From assembly GCF_009914755.1 (NCBI RefSeq), contig NC_060926.1: 64,000 nt of DNA. The stretch is one strand, 5' to 3'. The notes under the pieces are model-generated. The model searched no databases and had not been told where the DNA came from. It saw only the letters and a program-made list of their open reading frames with translations. This DNA comes from the human T2T-CHM13v2.0 reference genome, Homo sapiens. A program made the position numbers and the translations under genes. Below, one piece after another: positions 1-16,290 of this stretch (position 1 is the first letter of the stretch; each line of letters opens with the position of its first letter).

Positions 1-454
1 GATTCCCAAGCAGTCCAAAAATCATGAATTCATTTAAAATATATCTTCTTTCCTGGAAATGAATATGAATCTAAGTATAGTTACGTAAACCCATATGAAG
101 ATATTAAACAGCAGAGGTAGAATTATATTTTCTGCCATAAAATAGACTATGCAGAAATATTTAGTTTGCTACAAGTGCTGGAAATCTGTATCCAGAAAAT
201 AGAGAGGTTATTAACATTTACATTGACTTGATTTATAATACATGCCATATACAGTGCTGAAACTACAAATAGCAAAGGACTTGAAATAATCTGTACCTTT
301 CTAAATGATGCCAACACTTGACATGGGGGCCCTGGATGCAGATTCCTTATCTCAATTAAAGGAGACTTAGATTTTTACACTCGAATCCTGTATAGCATTG
401 TCCTTATGATCACATCATAATGACTGATTCTTAAGAGACTACTACAAGCTAGTT

Positions 455-645
455 GCTTTTTGGGCATCATCTCTATTTCTCTCAACAACTTTATAACAGT
501 CATGATATCATCATTTTAGAGATGCGGTAACTGAGTTTTGAAGAGGCAGCTTATCCACAGCCACATAGTAAGTAGCAGAGACAGAATTTGTCCTCCAGTC
601 TGCAGGATTTCAAATCCATGCTCTTTCCATTGTGCCCTGCTGCCA
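455..645 (-). mobile_element. MIR
   Basis: CATTTTAGAGATGCGGTAACTGAG...CACATAGTAAGTAGCAGAG. Confidence 0.6.
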
Positions 646-916
646 TGCTTGAGTTATTTAAGGTCTTACAGCCCTGCCATCAGCGGGAATGACTTCAAAT
701 CTGAAAAATGAACACTAGCAGCCCATTCAAAATAATGGGCATATAAATCCCAAGCCTGATACTATGTCTTTCCCCAGCCTAGGTTGTCTTGCCTGAAGCA
801 GTCTCAGGATTTCTCTGAAATCCTATAACATGGAGAAATGTGTACAACAGGTAGCCAAGGAGAACTCTACATTAGATCAGAAGTTCCACACAATAAATGC
901 ACATGACACATGCGTG

Positions 917-940
917 CACACACACACACACACACACACA
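917..940. repeat. (CA)n microsatellite
   Basis: Directly visible. Confidence 0.9.
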
Positions 941-2819
941 TCAGAGTTAAGGGCTCACCTAGAATAGGACACACCATTTATAGGGCTGATATCACAAAGC
1001 TGACTATGCGATCAAAAGGTCTACACCAACTCTTAGTATTTCTCAGCATGGAATGGGCATTTAAAATACAGGATGGAAGCATTTCTCCAGCTTTCTGCTA
1101 ATTGGAAATGTCTTTGTTAACCAGCATTTTAGCCCATCATTAGTGCAAAGAAAATAATACTGGTGACCTTATAGCAGTTTTCATGTGACATATATCTCAT
1201 TTTCTTCCGAATATCTGGTAATCTATGCACAAAATACACATTATCTAGTTAGTCCCCACGATACACAAGTATTGTGCTTATGTATTTACAATTATTTGAA
1301 GACAGTGTTTTTCTGGTATCCAATTAGAGCTAGATGATATGTACAATGTGCCTATGAAAACACAGAGAATATTTTATCAACAGCTATAAAATTTATTATT
1401 TTATTTTGTAAAACAAAATAATTTTCTCCCAAAAATTCAGTGAGCCCCCATAAAAACACAACTAGAGCAATGATTTAAGGGTTTCCTCAAAGTAAAGTGG
1501 ATCACGAATACAACTGACTTCCAGAGATAATTTATCTTATTAAACAAAAGTGAGTTTTATTTATTCTTAGCTAAAGTGGGAGGGACTTGACATCTCAAGA
1601 ATGCTTTAATAGGGACAGTTAATATAGAATCAGAGTGGATGAAAAATGGGTACAAACAGGTGTTCTCTAATCTCTAAAAACAGGTGAGAAGCCTGGAACC
1701 TCAGATAATCTTATTAAACTTTGTGAGTCAAAGACTTGTCATCTAACACATGCCAGCAGTGATGAAAGCTGGGAAAGAGTGAGTTGTTTTGATTTTTAAA
1801 CGGTATCTACTGACCTCATCTTCTAGATTTGGCATATACTATTTCAACTCCCAAAAGATACTATTCCTGTAAAACAATACTATTCCCTTTAGGAGAATGT
1901 AGTTAAAGACATACGATAATGTTCAGTGTATCCTGTTCACGTTCCTGCCTGTTAAATCATGCTGACTCTCTAGATCTACAAATTTTTACTACCAGATGCA
2001 CCCTGGAAAGAAACATAAAAACAAGTTGGCATAAAACTCAGAAGTAAGTAGATCATCAGGAGGGTGTTACATCTCATTATGAGGTATTCATACACAGGAG
2101 CAGACTCTTCGATCAGATTTACCATGTATGCTGTGGGATGCACACAAAATAGGCTCTCAGAGTCCTTCTGATGACAAAATAAGACACCCTAAATAACCAG
2201 GAGCATGTCAATCATAATATTCTGCCACCCAGTAAATCAGTCATTGTGCCCAGCGAGTAGCTACTGCAGACAGCTGCATAGATATTCTAAGTGCACTTTT
2301 TATAAGCTTTTAAATTATGTCAGCTGCTGTCCAGAAGCCTGAGTGGTAAGTACAGTAAATGATGCACCAGGACATTTATGTAGAACATGGTCCCTGCAAA
2401 ACTATGAAAACATGAGCCACAAGCTGAGGAGATGTACAAAGGAAGGAAAACAAAAAGTATTCGAAGTATGCACTGGAAATTGGTTCTGGGCAATGATGGA
2501 TTAAAGGGGTTAATTAGAATATTTTTCCTTTCTTCCCAGTTTCTATCTTCCAGTTTCATCTGAGCAATGTGTTCATGGTCATCCCATTAATTTGATAGGG
2601 CATTCTAGGTACTTGATGCCCAGAGGAGATAGAACTCAGCAGAGGAGTGAGGCAGATCTTTGTGTGTGGTGTGTGTGTAGTGATGGGATGACATCTATCA
2701 CAGAGTGAAAAGAGATGGAGAAAAAGGAAAGTCAGCAAAGATGCAGAGAGGAAACAATCAGGAATGTTCAATGAAAACAAAGAGCTGCCTTGAAAGTTAA
2801 AGTGGGGTGGCAGGGAAAC

Positions 2820-3456
2820 CTGCACTGTCCAATACGGTAGCCTCTCATCATACATAGCTATCTTGTACTTGGAAAGTGACTAGTCCTACTTGAGACATGC
2901 TCCACGTGTAAAGCACACAGCAGGTTTCACAGACTTAGCATAAATATAATGAAAATATCTCATTAAGAATGTTAGTATGAATATGAGTATGGTGGTTCAT
3001 GCCTGTAAACCAAGCAGTTTGGGAAGCTGAGGCAGGTGGATTCCTTGACCTCAAGAGTTTGAGACCAGCCTGGGCAACATGGCAAAACCATCTCTACTAA
3101 AAAATACAAAAAATTAGCGGGGTGTGGTAGCACACACCTGTAGTCCCAGCTACTCAGAGAGGCTAAAGGAGGAAGATCACCTGAACCTGCAAAGTTGAGG
3201 CTGCAATGAGCCAAGATCATGCCACTGCACTCCAGCTTGGGCAATAGGAGTGAGACCCTATCTCAATAAAAAAAAAAAAGTTAGTATTGATTACCTATTG
3301 AAATAACATTTTAGATATGTCGGGTTAATTTAAAAATATTATTGCTTTTCATCCTTTTATGTGGCTTTTTACTTTTTAATTTTTTACTTTTAAAATGTGG
3401 CTACTAGAAAATTTAAAATCACATCAGTAGGTTGCATTATATTATTATTGGATGGT
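2820..3456. mobile_element. MER33 (hAT-Charlie) DNA transposon split by an AluJ (about 2980-3279, +)
   Basis: CTGTCCAATACGGTAG...TGTGGCTACTAGAAAATTTAAAAT...TTGGA. The Alu is flanked by GTTAGTAT repeats. Confidence 0.75.
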
Positions 3457-3608
3457 TCTCCAATTAAAATATATTTGGACTATATTTGTTAAATGTAGAC
3501 TTAAGGACTGAGCTTTAATTAAAGGTATTTTAAAAAGTGGAGTCAGGAGAAGAGCGGTGTGAGATATCAGTTGGTAGCATTTATGAACATCTAAGTGGGA
3601 ATGTTGGC

Positions 3609-4023
3609 TGCTACAGTTTTGATGTGTGTCCCCTCTAAACCCTATGCTGAAATTTGATCCCCAGTGTTGGAGATGGCATCTAATGGAAGGTATTTGGATC
3701 ACAGGAGCGGACCCCTCATGAATAGATTAATGCCCTCCCTTGGTGGGGGCTGTGGGTGAGTTCTCCCTTTATTAGTTCCCAGCAGACCAGGTTGTTAAAA
3801 ACAGCCTAGTGTCTCCACGTGTTCTCTTGCCTCCTCTCTTGCCATGTGTTCTCTGCACATGGAAGCTCCCCTTCACCTTCCGCCATGGGTGAAAGCAGCC
3901 TGAAGCTTTCAACAGATGCCCAATCTTTCAGCCAGCAGAATCATGGGCCAAATAACCCTTTCATCTTCATAAATTACCCAGTTTCAGGTGTTCCTTTGTA
4001 GCAATGCAAAATGGACTAAGACA
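3609..4023 (+). mobile_element. MSTB-like solo LTR (ERVL-MaLR)
   Basis: TGCTACAGTTTTGATGTGTGTCCCC...GGACTAAGACA with perfect 5-bp TSD TTGGC (3604-3608 / 4024-4028). Confidence 0.85.
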
Positions 4024-7000
4024 TTGGCTACATTCATTGGCTGAGTAAAGGATGATAGCTTTCGGGAAAGCAGAAGTAACAAAGGGGCTCCTTCCCACAT
4101 TTTTTTTATTTGATTAGGTAAGACATGCATTTCTTTGCATGTCTTGTTCATCACTGAAGATGCATGCGGAAAGTTGATACAGGGATGTACCAAAAAGAGT
4201 AGGAAGGTTGGAAGAGTGGGACGGTATTTAGTCTTTGGCAAAGAAGGACTCCTTTTTTTTTCTTGTTGGAAGTCCCACTTTGGACCCCTGCTGGTAGATA
4301 AGAATGAAGAAGGTAAAAGAAGTTAACTAGCCTTCCTTCCAACAGAAGTATTAGGTACGAATTTAGGCAGGTTACAACATAATTTCAACCAACCTTTGCA
4401 CCCCTCCTATGATAGAGATATTTGCCTTTTCAACAGATGAGGTAACAGTTCAATAGACAGTTCAATAATTTGCCTAATTTCACACAACCAATAAGAGGAA
4501 ATTCTTGTAGGTAGGGACAGAAATGCCAGTGTCAGAATTCATACTATGCAATATTTTTCCTGCTCATTATATACATCTGCAGAAAGAAAGGATTCTGGAG
4601 AAGAGAAATGGTTCTCATTAGGCTATATTTATGAATGTTCTTAAAATAAAAACCAAAATGCAAAGCTATGGTTATAGAATCCAATTTTAACACAGAAATA
4701 GGTCCCGTATACAATCAGGGGCTCCGTGAAAATAGTTCATTAGAGAGGAGAATGGATGTGTGGGTCAGGCCTGTCAGGAGGAGTCTCTGAGAGCAAGAAG
4801 CCAGCTGTGGGCAGTGGTGACAGCAAGAGCAGGCTGAGAATTTCAGTTCCCAAATGACATGTGCCAAAGACAGGACTGAAAGATGGGTCATGCAAGCGGT
4901 AGAAAATGCTCTCTGATGGCCAAGGATAAACAACTCAGGCGGCAAGAAGGTGAACTTCTGCTGCAGCCCAAAGCAACACATCAGAATGCCATAAGCCACT
5001 GCAGTTTATTTTTCTGCAATTTGTTCTACAATATGAAATCAGATCTCTTTTATCTTTATTTAAAATATGCTGGAGGAGGTGAGCTAGCAATAAGCAATTC
5101 AAACGACCTTAACAGAAATGCTTAAGGGGAGATGAAAATCTCATCAAATTACTTTCATTTTCTTTTCCATGTGCAGAACTTGCTGAATAACCAGGTTCTA
5201 TTAAGTACAAAAAACTGATAAAGGAAAAAGGCATCAGTTATTTATCTTCTTTAACCCAAGACTTTTTGACAGTCTCTCTGGCAATTACCAAAAACACACA
5301 CATATACAGAAATGTTTTCAATTGTAGTTGATGGTCACAGGTGACAGTTCTAATGCCTGCTTTGATTTTGAAGGCATGTTTCCATAGGGCTTTGGGTTTT
5401 TTTTTCTTTTTTTACAGTAGGGGAACCAGTTGCCTTTATTTTGTATTAGACAATACAGTCAAATGAGCTCTGGACTTAACTAGCGATGACCAGATTTGAA
5501 ATATCCATTTGGTCCATTAGGTGATTCTAATGCACATTAGAAGAGATGCTAAAGCTGTGTTGCTGATGTTTGTACCTGCAGACTTGGGAGGAGAGCAGGA
5601 AAAAACAATTACTGCCAAAAATGTGGATCGGGTTTCCATTTTTAGACGTATTCTGGGACTGATCTAGTTATTGGCCTGTTATTATTTGGACTTAGAGATT
5701 CCAGGAGGACAATGCTCACAATTTTCTTCTGTTGAATTTTGGAGCCCTTTGTGAATTACTGAAATCAACTGGAAGGTATCAGTATCTCCTCAATAAATTC
5801 CAGTATCAAATCCCGGTATTCTCTGTTGATGGGCAGTAGGAAAGCTAAAATATGTTATTTTAAGGCAAACTTGTTACTTTATGAACAGCTTTACATACAA
5901 TCCTTTTTCCTGTCTAGAATAATAATTTTATGTATTTAACTATTCTGACTTGTATTAGCATATAATTTCTCTTCTCACGTCTATATTTCATGAAAAAATG
6001 GCACTAAGGACTTCCCTTCTTAACATTGCCCACAACAGTTATTTGTGTTTAGGTAGGTTCTTTCTTCCAACCACTTAATGGATGGAAAGTTATTTAGTCC
6101 AGTGGACAAAATCAGTACAGTAGATGTCTCTGGACCTAAATTTTATTTCTAGCATTACCTCCGACTCATTGAAAATAACTTCCCCAGCAGTGGAAAGACA
6201 TTGTTTTTCAGGAGAGGAAACAGAGCCCCATCCAGTGTCTTGGCAATGTGTATCCCTGCCAAAGATATCGAAGGCATGGTTTTCCCAATATAACTTAAAG
6301 TTCTATCCTAAGTGATCTTCAGCCAATTATATTCACTGTGTGTGTGAGATAAAGAGAGTGAGAGACAGACCGACAGGCAGTACAGAACTACTTAGGAGTG
6401 GGACCAAAGTTTGACATTTTCATTTTACCTTTCCAGTTCCTAGGTCAGGCAGCTTAATGGATTTCCTACCAAAGTTTTGGCCTGAACCTCTGGTTGTTGG
6501 GAAAAACAATGAATCAGAAACTGTCATATCGACAAAATAAATAACTGGTAAATTTTAAAAGATGTCTTAATCTTTTTAAAGCATGCCATTGATTGTTTGT
6601 TTAACAGTCTCCCTACAACATTCATTAAAATTAATTCATCCTTTTGAGTTGTCTTTGGGGATTGGATCATGAGAATGAGGGAAGAGGAGAAAATGATTTC
6701 TACTCCCTGGCTAGTTTGGGATGGTGGCAGGAGAAAAGAAAAGCCAATGATCACCAGGGGCAACACCAGGGGTACGGAAGGAAAAGAGCTTAGAGAGGTA
6801 AAAGGAGACCCACAGGCAGCCCCAGGGCTTAGCAGATAGCTCAGGCAGCAACAGCTAATTCTGTCATACAATGTGCATGAGGGTTAGAAGCAACCGCAGA
6901 GCCTTCCAAAGGAGGCACACTCATCACTTCTGAGAGTGAATATGGTCACAGTGTGTGTCCCCATCCCCCTTACCAACCGACTTGGGGGCTTAATTAATAA

Positions 7001-7371
7001 CCAAAATGTTGTTAAGCCATCAGTTCAGTTGAACAGTATACAGGAATGGCCTAATTTAATGAAAATGTAATCAACTATAATAAGTATAAGTGATCTAAAG
7101 AAATAGCTAAAGGGCGGAGAAAGTTAAGGAGGGGAAAATTGGTTTTTGACTCTATCTTGCAGCTAAAACTGATCTTTTGAGTAAACTAGACTGGATATAA
7201 AGCCATGAAATGGCATTTATGCCCTGTTCATATCAGAACATTTTAGAAAGTTAAGACTATCTAGTGGTTTATGGAATTGGTGTGGGATATGGCCAGTGTG
7301 TCTGATTTTGTATGCTAGTGATTATCCAGTAAAGCTCAGAAAGTGACCATCAAAGTATGTAGTGACATGGT

Positions 7372-7620
7372 GAACATTTGAAAATCATTGGGCACTTACA
7401 ATATGCCAAGCTGTGCTCAAAGCATTTTAAAATATATAATATTTTTTGTTTTTACAATAAATCTATAGGTAGATACTATTATTATTCCCATTTTACAGAA
7501 AAGGACACTGAGGCACAGAGGCCAAGTAACTGGCCCCAAACAACATCCCTAGTAAATATAAAAGCTAGGATTGGTATCCATGCCATCTGCACCAGAGTCC
7601 TGTTTCAACCTTTGAACTGC
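7372..7620 (-). mobile_element. MIR
   Basis: TATTATTCCCATTTTACAGAAAAGGACACTGAGGCACAGAG core. Confidence 0.7.
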
Positions 7621-8217
7621 AGTGCCATTGGAAGCAATAGTCATTCGCATACATTCCAGTTAGAAAAGGTTTCTTTTTCTGTCAAAATTACATGCTCCTT
7701 CTACAAATACTATCAGATCCTTTGCATTTACTGTTGGTGTGCCCTAGAGAGAATTCTAGAGATAGCCTATATACCAAAATGAAATTCTGTGATAAATTTT
7801 CATCTATGGACAGTTAGACAGTCATTTATACCTGTTACTGACCCAACGGTTTGATACCAGTGTCACCAAAATAATGCAACCCTTATTTGGCCTTATGCCA
7901 GCCAATGTATGAAAGCTGCCTTCAGAGAAGGAATTTTTTTCTCTTCTTTTTTTTGAGGCAGCAGCTCACATTTATTGATACACAAATGCATTATAAATAG
8001 ATGCATTTTTAATGCAATCACTACAGATTTAGGAAATACTTCTTAACTTAAACAAGAAGACCAGATTTGCAAACATGAAAATAAAAGGTAATGCTCAACA
8101 TTGACCAATGTGGTGGGAACCAGTACTCAACTCCAAGTAGTTGGAGTCAAATTTGAACAACTTTTGTGGGGGTAATTTGACAAGATGGCTCATGGGCCTT
8201 AAAACATGTTCACATTC

Positions 8218-8576
<359 letters not shown>

Positions 8577-10040
8577 CTACCCCTTGGAATATGAAAGATA
8601 CACTCAAGAATGCAGCCGAAGAGGCTGATCGTGCATCATTACAATCATGGGACCAGGACTTTTTGTTGATATAAATGTTTCAAAGTATTTTCACTCAAAC
8701 CTTCTCATTTATTTCTCACAAAATCTCTTGGTGATAGGTTTAGTATCCCCATTTCAAAATTTCCAAAGCAATAGATAAGAAGCTCAGGTAAGTCAAGGAA
8801 CTTCCAGAGAAGGACTTTTAAAATTATGCATTTAAGCTGTTCAGTCATTCAAGTTCTAAATCCTAGTTAGAAGGTGGCATCATGTATAAGAGATTACACT
8901 CACATGTGCCTGTATGGGTGCACAGTTTTACAGATGCCCACCAGACACAAGATTGGTGCCCAGAGGCTATGCTCATATATGTCATCTCTAATATCATTTA
9001 CATTGCCCATTGACAAGGAATATACTGCATGATTATGATACACATTTCACTCAAATTATAAAACCACAAAACCTTCTGATATGAATTCTATTATCCTTCC
9101 TGCCCCTAAAGGTGTATATCTTATATGTGATCTGGGTGGTAAAAAGAGATTGTCTGCCCTCATGTCTTAATTCTCCTAGACGTCCTTGACACTGTCGTGT
9201 ACGCAGAGACCATGAATAGCTTAGTTTTAATATATTTGTTTTTCTCACTTATGCCTGATTGGAGCAATTGAGAAAAATTACATTCATAAATCTTCTTGCC
9301 AAGATAATTAATTATGCACGAAATACTTCAAGCTGCTTCTGATTTTCATTAATGAGGCAGATTATCTGCAAAATAAGATGCTGCTGGAGCTGAATAGAAA
9401 GGTCAGCTGCTTATCATTAAATGTAAAACAAGAGTGCATTTTTATATCTGAAAAACAATGATGAAAGAACATGCTATAATTATCTTTATGAGGCTATCAC
9501 ATCCCACTTAAGATAGGAAAGTATGTGTTTTTCGTTTACTGTTTTCCTGCAATTGATGTGAATCCTAAGTCCCCATCATGCTGGTCACCTAATTTCTTTT
9601 CCAAAGGAGAATTAGCTGAACTATTTTAGTTCAAAAGCATTAGGCCACAGCACTTAGAAACAGAGAAGCACTAAATGTATCTTTTAAATGGCCCTTATGA
9701 GAGAAGACACATCACATATTCAGACATCCACATTATTATTCATCAGTAATCTTTGTTCTAATTTTCTACTTAATTTCCCTTTTTCTTAAGTGGTTAAAAT
9801 GATTGACAAAGCTGATATTTCATTAATGTAAAGATTGATAGCTCCTGTGTTCCCTTAAAGTAAGACAGAACTGACAAAAAAAAAACCAAAAAACTTTGCC
9901 CTTCAATGAAATGTGGTTTCATATGTTCTAGAATTATCAGGTAGATCATCTGAGAACATGATAACTATAAAACCCAAATTACTAACTGAGTGACACTCAG
10001 CTTAGTGTTCCTGCTGCAATTCTTCACCACTGTACCATCA

Positions 10041-10424
<384 letters not shown>

Positions 10425-11356
10425 TTATACATACCTGGACTTTAAAATGATTCCTTGTTCATATAATTATCAACAGAGTAAGCGTTAATTATTGTTTATA
10501 ATATTAAGAAATCGAAGCAACTCTATTTCCTCATTAATACTGTTTAAATTGTGTTATATTCAAATAGCAGAATACTATACACTTATTAAAATTAATTGAT
10601 CTATTTAAACACAGAATATGTTTATGATTTTTTTCAATGTAACAAAAAAACAGGTTATAATACAGTATATATAGGCTAACTCAATTAATTTTCATTTGTT
10701 TGTTTAGTTTTTTTTAATAAATGTGTGTGTGCCTATGACTATGCTCACGCTTGGATAAAAGTCTAGAAGGTGGCAGTATGCCAAATTTCTAGTAGCAATC
10801 TGCTTGGAGGGTGATGTCTACATTTTAACAAAGTATTTTTAAATCACAAGCAGAAAAAAAAGATACTACTTTTTGTTTTAAACTATCAATTCAGTGCCCA
10901 TTGAACAAGGGTAGCTGTTAACATTATTAAACTGACTTTTATTTTATCACATCCTGTGAACTCAAATAATAAAACTGGTCTTCAATCTGAGACCAATCGT
11001 CATCTGAGCATGACATTGCGGGGGCAAGGAGTGGATCAGTATGTAATATGTTGGGCCTTCGTTATCTTTTTCAGACATGATGGTAACAACTGCTAACACT
11101 AAGATAGTAGTTGGTATTATTATTCATATTTTTACAGAAAACTGAGCCTCAGGGAAGTTAAATAACTGCTGTTACTCAGCCAGTAAGTGGTGAAGCCAGG
11201 ATTTGAACCCAGCCAACAGTCTGGCCCCAGGATCCGTACTCTTACAAGCATAAAGAGACAATACTCAGCTTTATTAACTAACTACTCCAACCACTGTCGC
11301 TGCTGTTAACAAGAGAAAATGTAACATAGGTGTTTTAAGATTCAGAGTCTAAATTT

Positions 11357-11664
11357 TATTTTTATTTTATTTTTTGAGACAGAGGGTCTCACTCTGTCAC
11401 CCAGACTGAAATGCAATGGTGCAATCTTGGCTCACTGCAGCTTTGGCCTCCTGGGCTCAAGCCACCCATCCATCTCAGCCTCCCAAGTATCTGGGACTAC
11501 AGGAGCATGGCACCATGCCTGGCTAATTTGTGCATGTGTGTTTTTTGTAGATACAGGGTTTTGCCATGTTACCCAAGCTGGTCTCGAATTCCTGGGCTCA
11601 AGCAGTTTGCCCGCCTCACCTCCCATAGTGCTGGTATTATAAGCATTCACCACCACGCCCAGCC
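11357..11664 (-). mobile_element. AluJ
   Basis: Reverse-complement Alu; TSD about AGAGTCTAAATTTT/AGAGCCTAAATTTT. Confidence 0.88.
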
Positions 11665-11946
11665 TAAGAGCCTAAATTTTATATTTAAGGAAATGACTAT
11701 CTTGTTTATTGACTGATTATATTTACTATAATGTTTATTGTTCTTATTATAGTTAATTTTTGTTCAAGTGCTGTTAGGAACGGAATCTAAATGACAGCCT
11801 CATTCCCTTGACCATGAATGTGCATTCTTAAAGCCTAACTATACTTGTAACAGCCTCCAATAACTAAACAGTATTAAGAGACCTTGACATGTATAACAAC
11901 AGTAATGCTACACCTGGGGGAAAGAATCTGGGCTGAATGAGAAAGC

Positions 11947-12235
11947 TTTTTTTTTTTTTGAGATGGAGTTTTGTTCGTGTTGCCCGGACTGGAGTGCAAT
12001 GGCACGATCTCGGCTCACCACAAACTCCGCCTCCCAGGTTCACGCAATTCTGCCTCAGCGTTCCGTGTAGCTGGCATTACAGGCATGCACCACCATGCCT
12101 GGCTAATTTTGTATTTTTAGTAGAGATGGGGTTTCTCCATGTTGAGGCTGATCTCGAACTCCTGATCTCAGGCAATCCACCTGCCTCGGCCTCCCAAAGT
12201 GCTGGGATTACAGTCGTGAGCCACCGGGCCTGGCC
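11947..12235 (-). mobile_element. AluSp-like
   Basis: Reverse-complement Alu; TSD GAGAAAGCTTT. Confidence 0.9.
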
Positions 12236-12414
12236 GAGAAAGCTTTCATAAGTTGTAAGGTTTAATCACAGAGAGGGAGGGCAAAGAAACTAATACGTAT
12301 TAAGTACCTCTTAAAATGCTATGCACTGTGCTACATGTTTTGCACTTATTTCATTTAATCCTTATAGCAACTCTGTGAGTTAAGTATTATTCCCAATTTA
12401 AAGGTAAGGCCCAT

Positions 12415-13560
<1,146 letters not shown>

Positions 13561-14095
13561 ACCCCTCCCAAAAGCACTCACCTCTAAAAAAAAATGAGAC
13601 CCCGTAAGTTAGAGAACTTACCAAGTCAGAAACCTTCTGCTATACCTTACTTTACTTATTAGCAAATGTATTTCTGCTTTCCAGGTTTAGCAAGGTATTT
13701 AGATTTCCTTCAAGCATGTGGCTGGGTTAGAATGTTCACTTTGAATCTTCTAAATTTTCAGGTGATTTTTTCCCCTTTTTTTGTTTTTTTTACTACAGAG
13801 GATTCAAGTGGATGATTACCGCTATAGTCATGGGGCAGAAAGGCAAAATTACTGTTTTAAAAATAAATAAATAAAACTTACTGTAGCTATTTTCTTACTC
13901 TTGGGAAAACTGTTCTGTTTGGGAAGCCTCTTTGATGAGCTTTTTTTTTTTTTTTGGAGAGAGAAGGTCTTTGTGTTAATCTGGATAAGAGATGTTGAGG
14001 TTTAAAAGATAAATACTTCTCTGTATGATAAAGCAAGAGGAGTTTTTAATGTATTTTTGGAAGCACTAGAGGAAGGGGCTTGGGGTTGTAAAAAC

Positions 14096-14400
14096 GTCGC
14101 AAGGACAAAAAACCAAACACCCCATGTTCTCACTCATAGGTGGGAACTGAACAATGAGAACACTTGGACACAGGAAGGGGAAGATCACACACTGGGGCCT
14201 GTTGTGGGGTGGGGGAAGGGGGGAGGGATAGCATTAGGAGATACACCTAATGTAAATGATGAGTTAATGGGTGCAGCACACCAACATGGCACATGTGTAC
14301 ATATGTAACAAACCTGCATGTTGTGAACATGTACCCTAGAACTTAAAGTATAATAATTAAAAAAATAAAAATAAAAAATAAAACACTACAGAAAAAAAAA
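14096..14400 (+). mobile_element. 5'-truncated L1PA4/5 3' end
   Basis: ORF2 C-terminus, G-rich 3'UTR, TAATGTAAATGATGAGTTAATGGG, and an A tail. Confidence 0.85.
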
Positions 14401-15026
14401 AGAATGAAGAGATAAAAGGAAGGTTCCTTTAAGGGGATAGCAGCTCTGGGAACACGGTGGCTGGTCAGGATTAGGGCAGAGAGAGACAGACAGCGAGGAG
14501 CAAGTGAGCTAAAATATACCCACTCATGCTCAGAAGGACAAAGAACTTTGGAAACAGTTGTCTTACAATTTTAAGTTGTTTCGTGTCCTGAGGATTAATT
14601 TCCTTCTTGTTATGCCAGAGTCTTCAGGAAAAGACCTTTGCATTGGACGATAATGCTTTGGGGAATGAGCATGTGAAAGTGCATGTGAGAGTGTATAATG
14701 GCTAGAGCAGAGTCAGCAGGTAAAGCACAACAGAAGCAGGACAGGAGAAGCGGCAGCAGTCAGGGTAAAATGATAAAAGCAAGGCAGCTTAGAAAGTGTA
14801 TGGTGACTTAGAAGGGAATGGCAACAAAATGCAAGCAGGAGAATAAATGACTGGCATCTGCATTTGGGTCTCTGCTCTATGCCACTTCCTCGGAGAGGCT
14901 TCTTTGATTCCTTCTTTGATGAAAAGTTGACCAACACATGTCAAAATTCATTACCTTATTCGATTTCATCATCAGGTTTATCATCGTACTCATCATTTAT
15001 TATAAGTCCTTCTCATCACATTAGAA

Positions 15027-15246
15027 CAATGGTTCTTAACTGGTATTAATTTGGTCCCCCAGGGGACATTTGGCAATGTCTAGAGACAGTTTTGGTTTCT
15101 CACAACTGGGGATGTTATACTGGTATCTCGTTGATAGAGGCCAGCAATGCTGCTCAGTATCCTAGAGTGTGCCAGACAGGACAGCCTCCCACAACCAGGA
15201 ATTACTTAGCACCAAATGCCAATAGTGCCAAGGTTGAGAAACACTG
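15027..15246. mobile_element. MER20 (hAT-Charlie) DNA transposon
   Basis: CAATGGTTCTTAAC...GGGGACATTTGGCAATGTCT...GTTGAGAAACACTG; 8-bp TSD CATTAGAA/AATTAGAA. Confidence 0.85.
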
Positions 15247-16290
15247 AATTAGAAGAAAATTTCCTAGAGGAAAAAGGCACTGTCTTGTGGTCTAGCATAT
15301 CCCCAGCACTTATGATAGGAACTGGTACATAGTAAGTGGTCAATAAGTATTAACTGAAAGGTTGATCATCATGGATAAGCTCTCATTTTTCCAGCTTGAA
15401 ATAAGAACCAGTTTCTCTTGGACTCATATGCGCTTCCAGCTATATGAATGTCTCTTCAATTTGGATGGAGTAATAATATTAAACATATGAAAAAACCTCT
15501 TTCCTGTGTATCTAGGCCAGGAGACCTCCCTCCACATAATTTCTCCCTAAAAATTCCTTCCACTTAATCTGTACAGATTTAAACATGGAATTAAGACAAT
15601 CAGAATTGTTGTGACAAACATCTCACTTATTTGAGTTGGGGGTTTGCAAAGAGAGTTCTGCCCACTCTTCACATCAAATAATTGTAGCAGAAGGAATGCA
15701 TGTCAAGCACATTGACGACCCATCAGAAATGTGCCTGCAGCCTGGGTAATGAGCTCTAATGAGCCTGCAAACTCATCAACCCCCAAAGCCCTCTGACCAC
15801 AGATCCTGCAGCTATGGGCCAAGGTCATATTTTTTGATTGGCATCAGACTACTCTTCTAAGAACATTATCTCTATTTTGGGCTGACAGACTTTTTTACTG
15901 ATGTAAGCAGCAATCTAGCACAATTCAGCAGCATCATGCCTCTTCAACTTTTAAGAAAATTGCAATTAACATTTCAAAATGTCAAAGCAACATGTCTAAA
16001 AGTAGTGACCTAGAAGGAAGGAAGAATCCAAAAATAGAATACATTCATTCTCAAAACTACCCACAGGTGTTCTCTCATTTATACAATCAACAGTATAATG
16101 AAAAAAATGCATATATTTGTTTTTATGTTACTTACAGGGAAAAACAACATGGTAGTTTGGATGAAAGCTTTTTGACCAAAGACCAAAAGATTTGACCATG
16201 AAGACTGACAAACTGCCCCAGGGAATGGTTAATCCATATAACAACTAATCAGCTGAGGCTGGAACATCATCCAATGCCCCTTTGGGTTAC

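Noticed and set aside
4600-7100. Possible cardiac enhancer motifs (MEF2- or GATA-like) in unique sequence
   Set aside because: Only imperfect matches in AT-rich DNA; not supportable without conservation or chromatin data.
14345-14410. Possible 3' transduction after the short L1 (A tail, CACTACAG, second A run)
   Set aside because: The intervening sequence is too short and no TSD could be defined.
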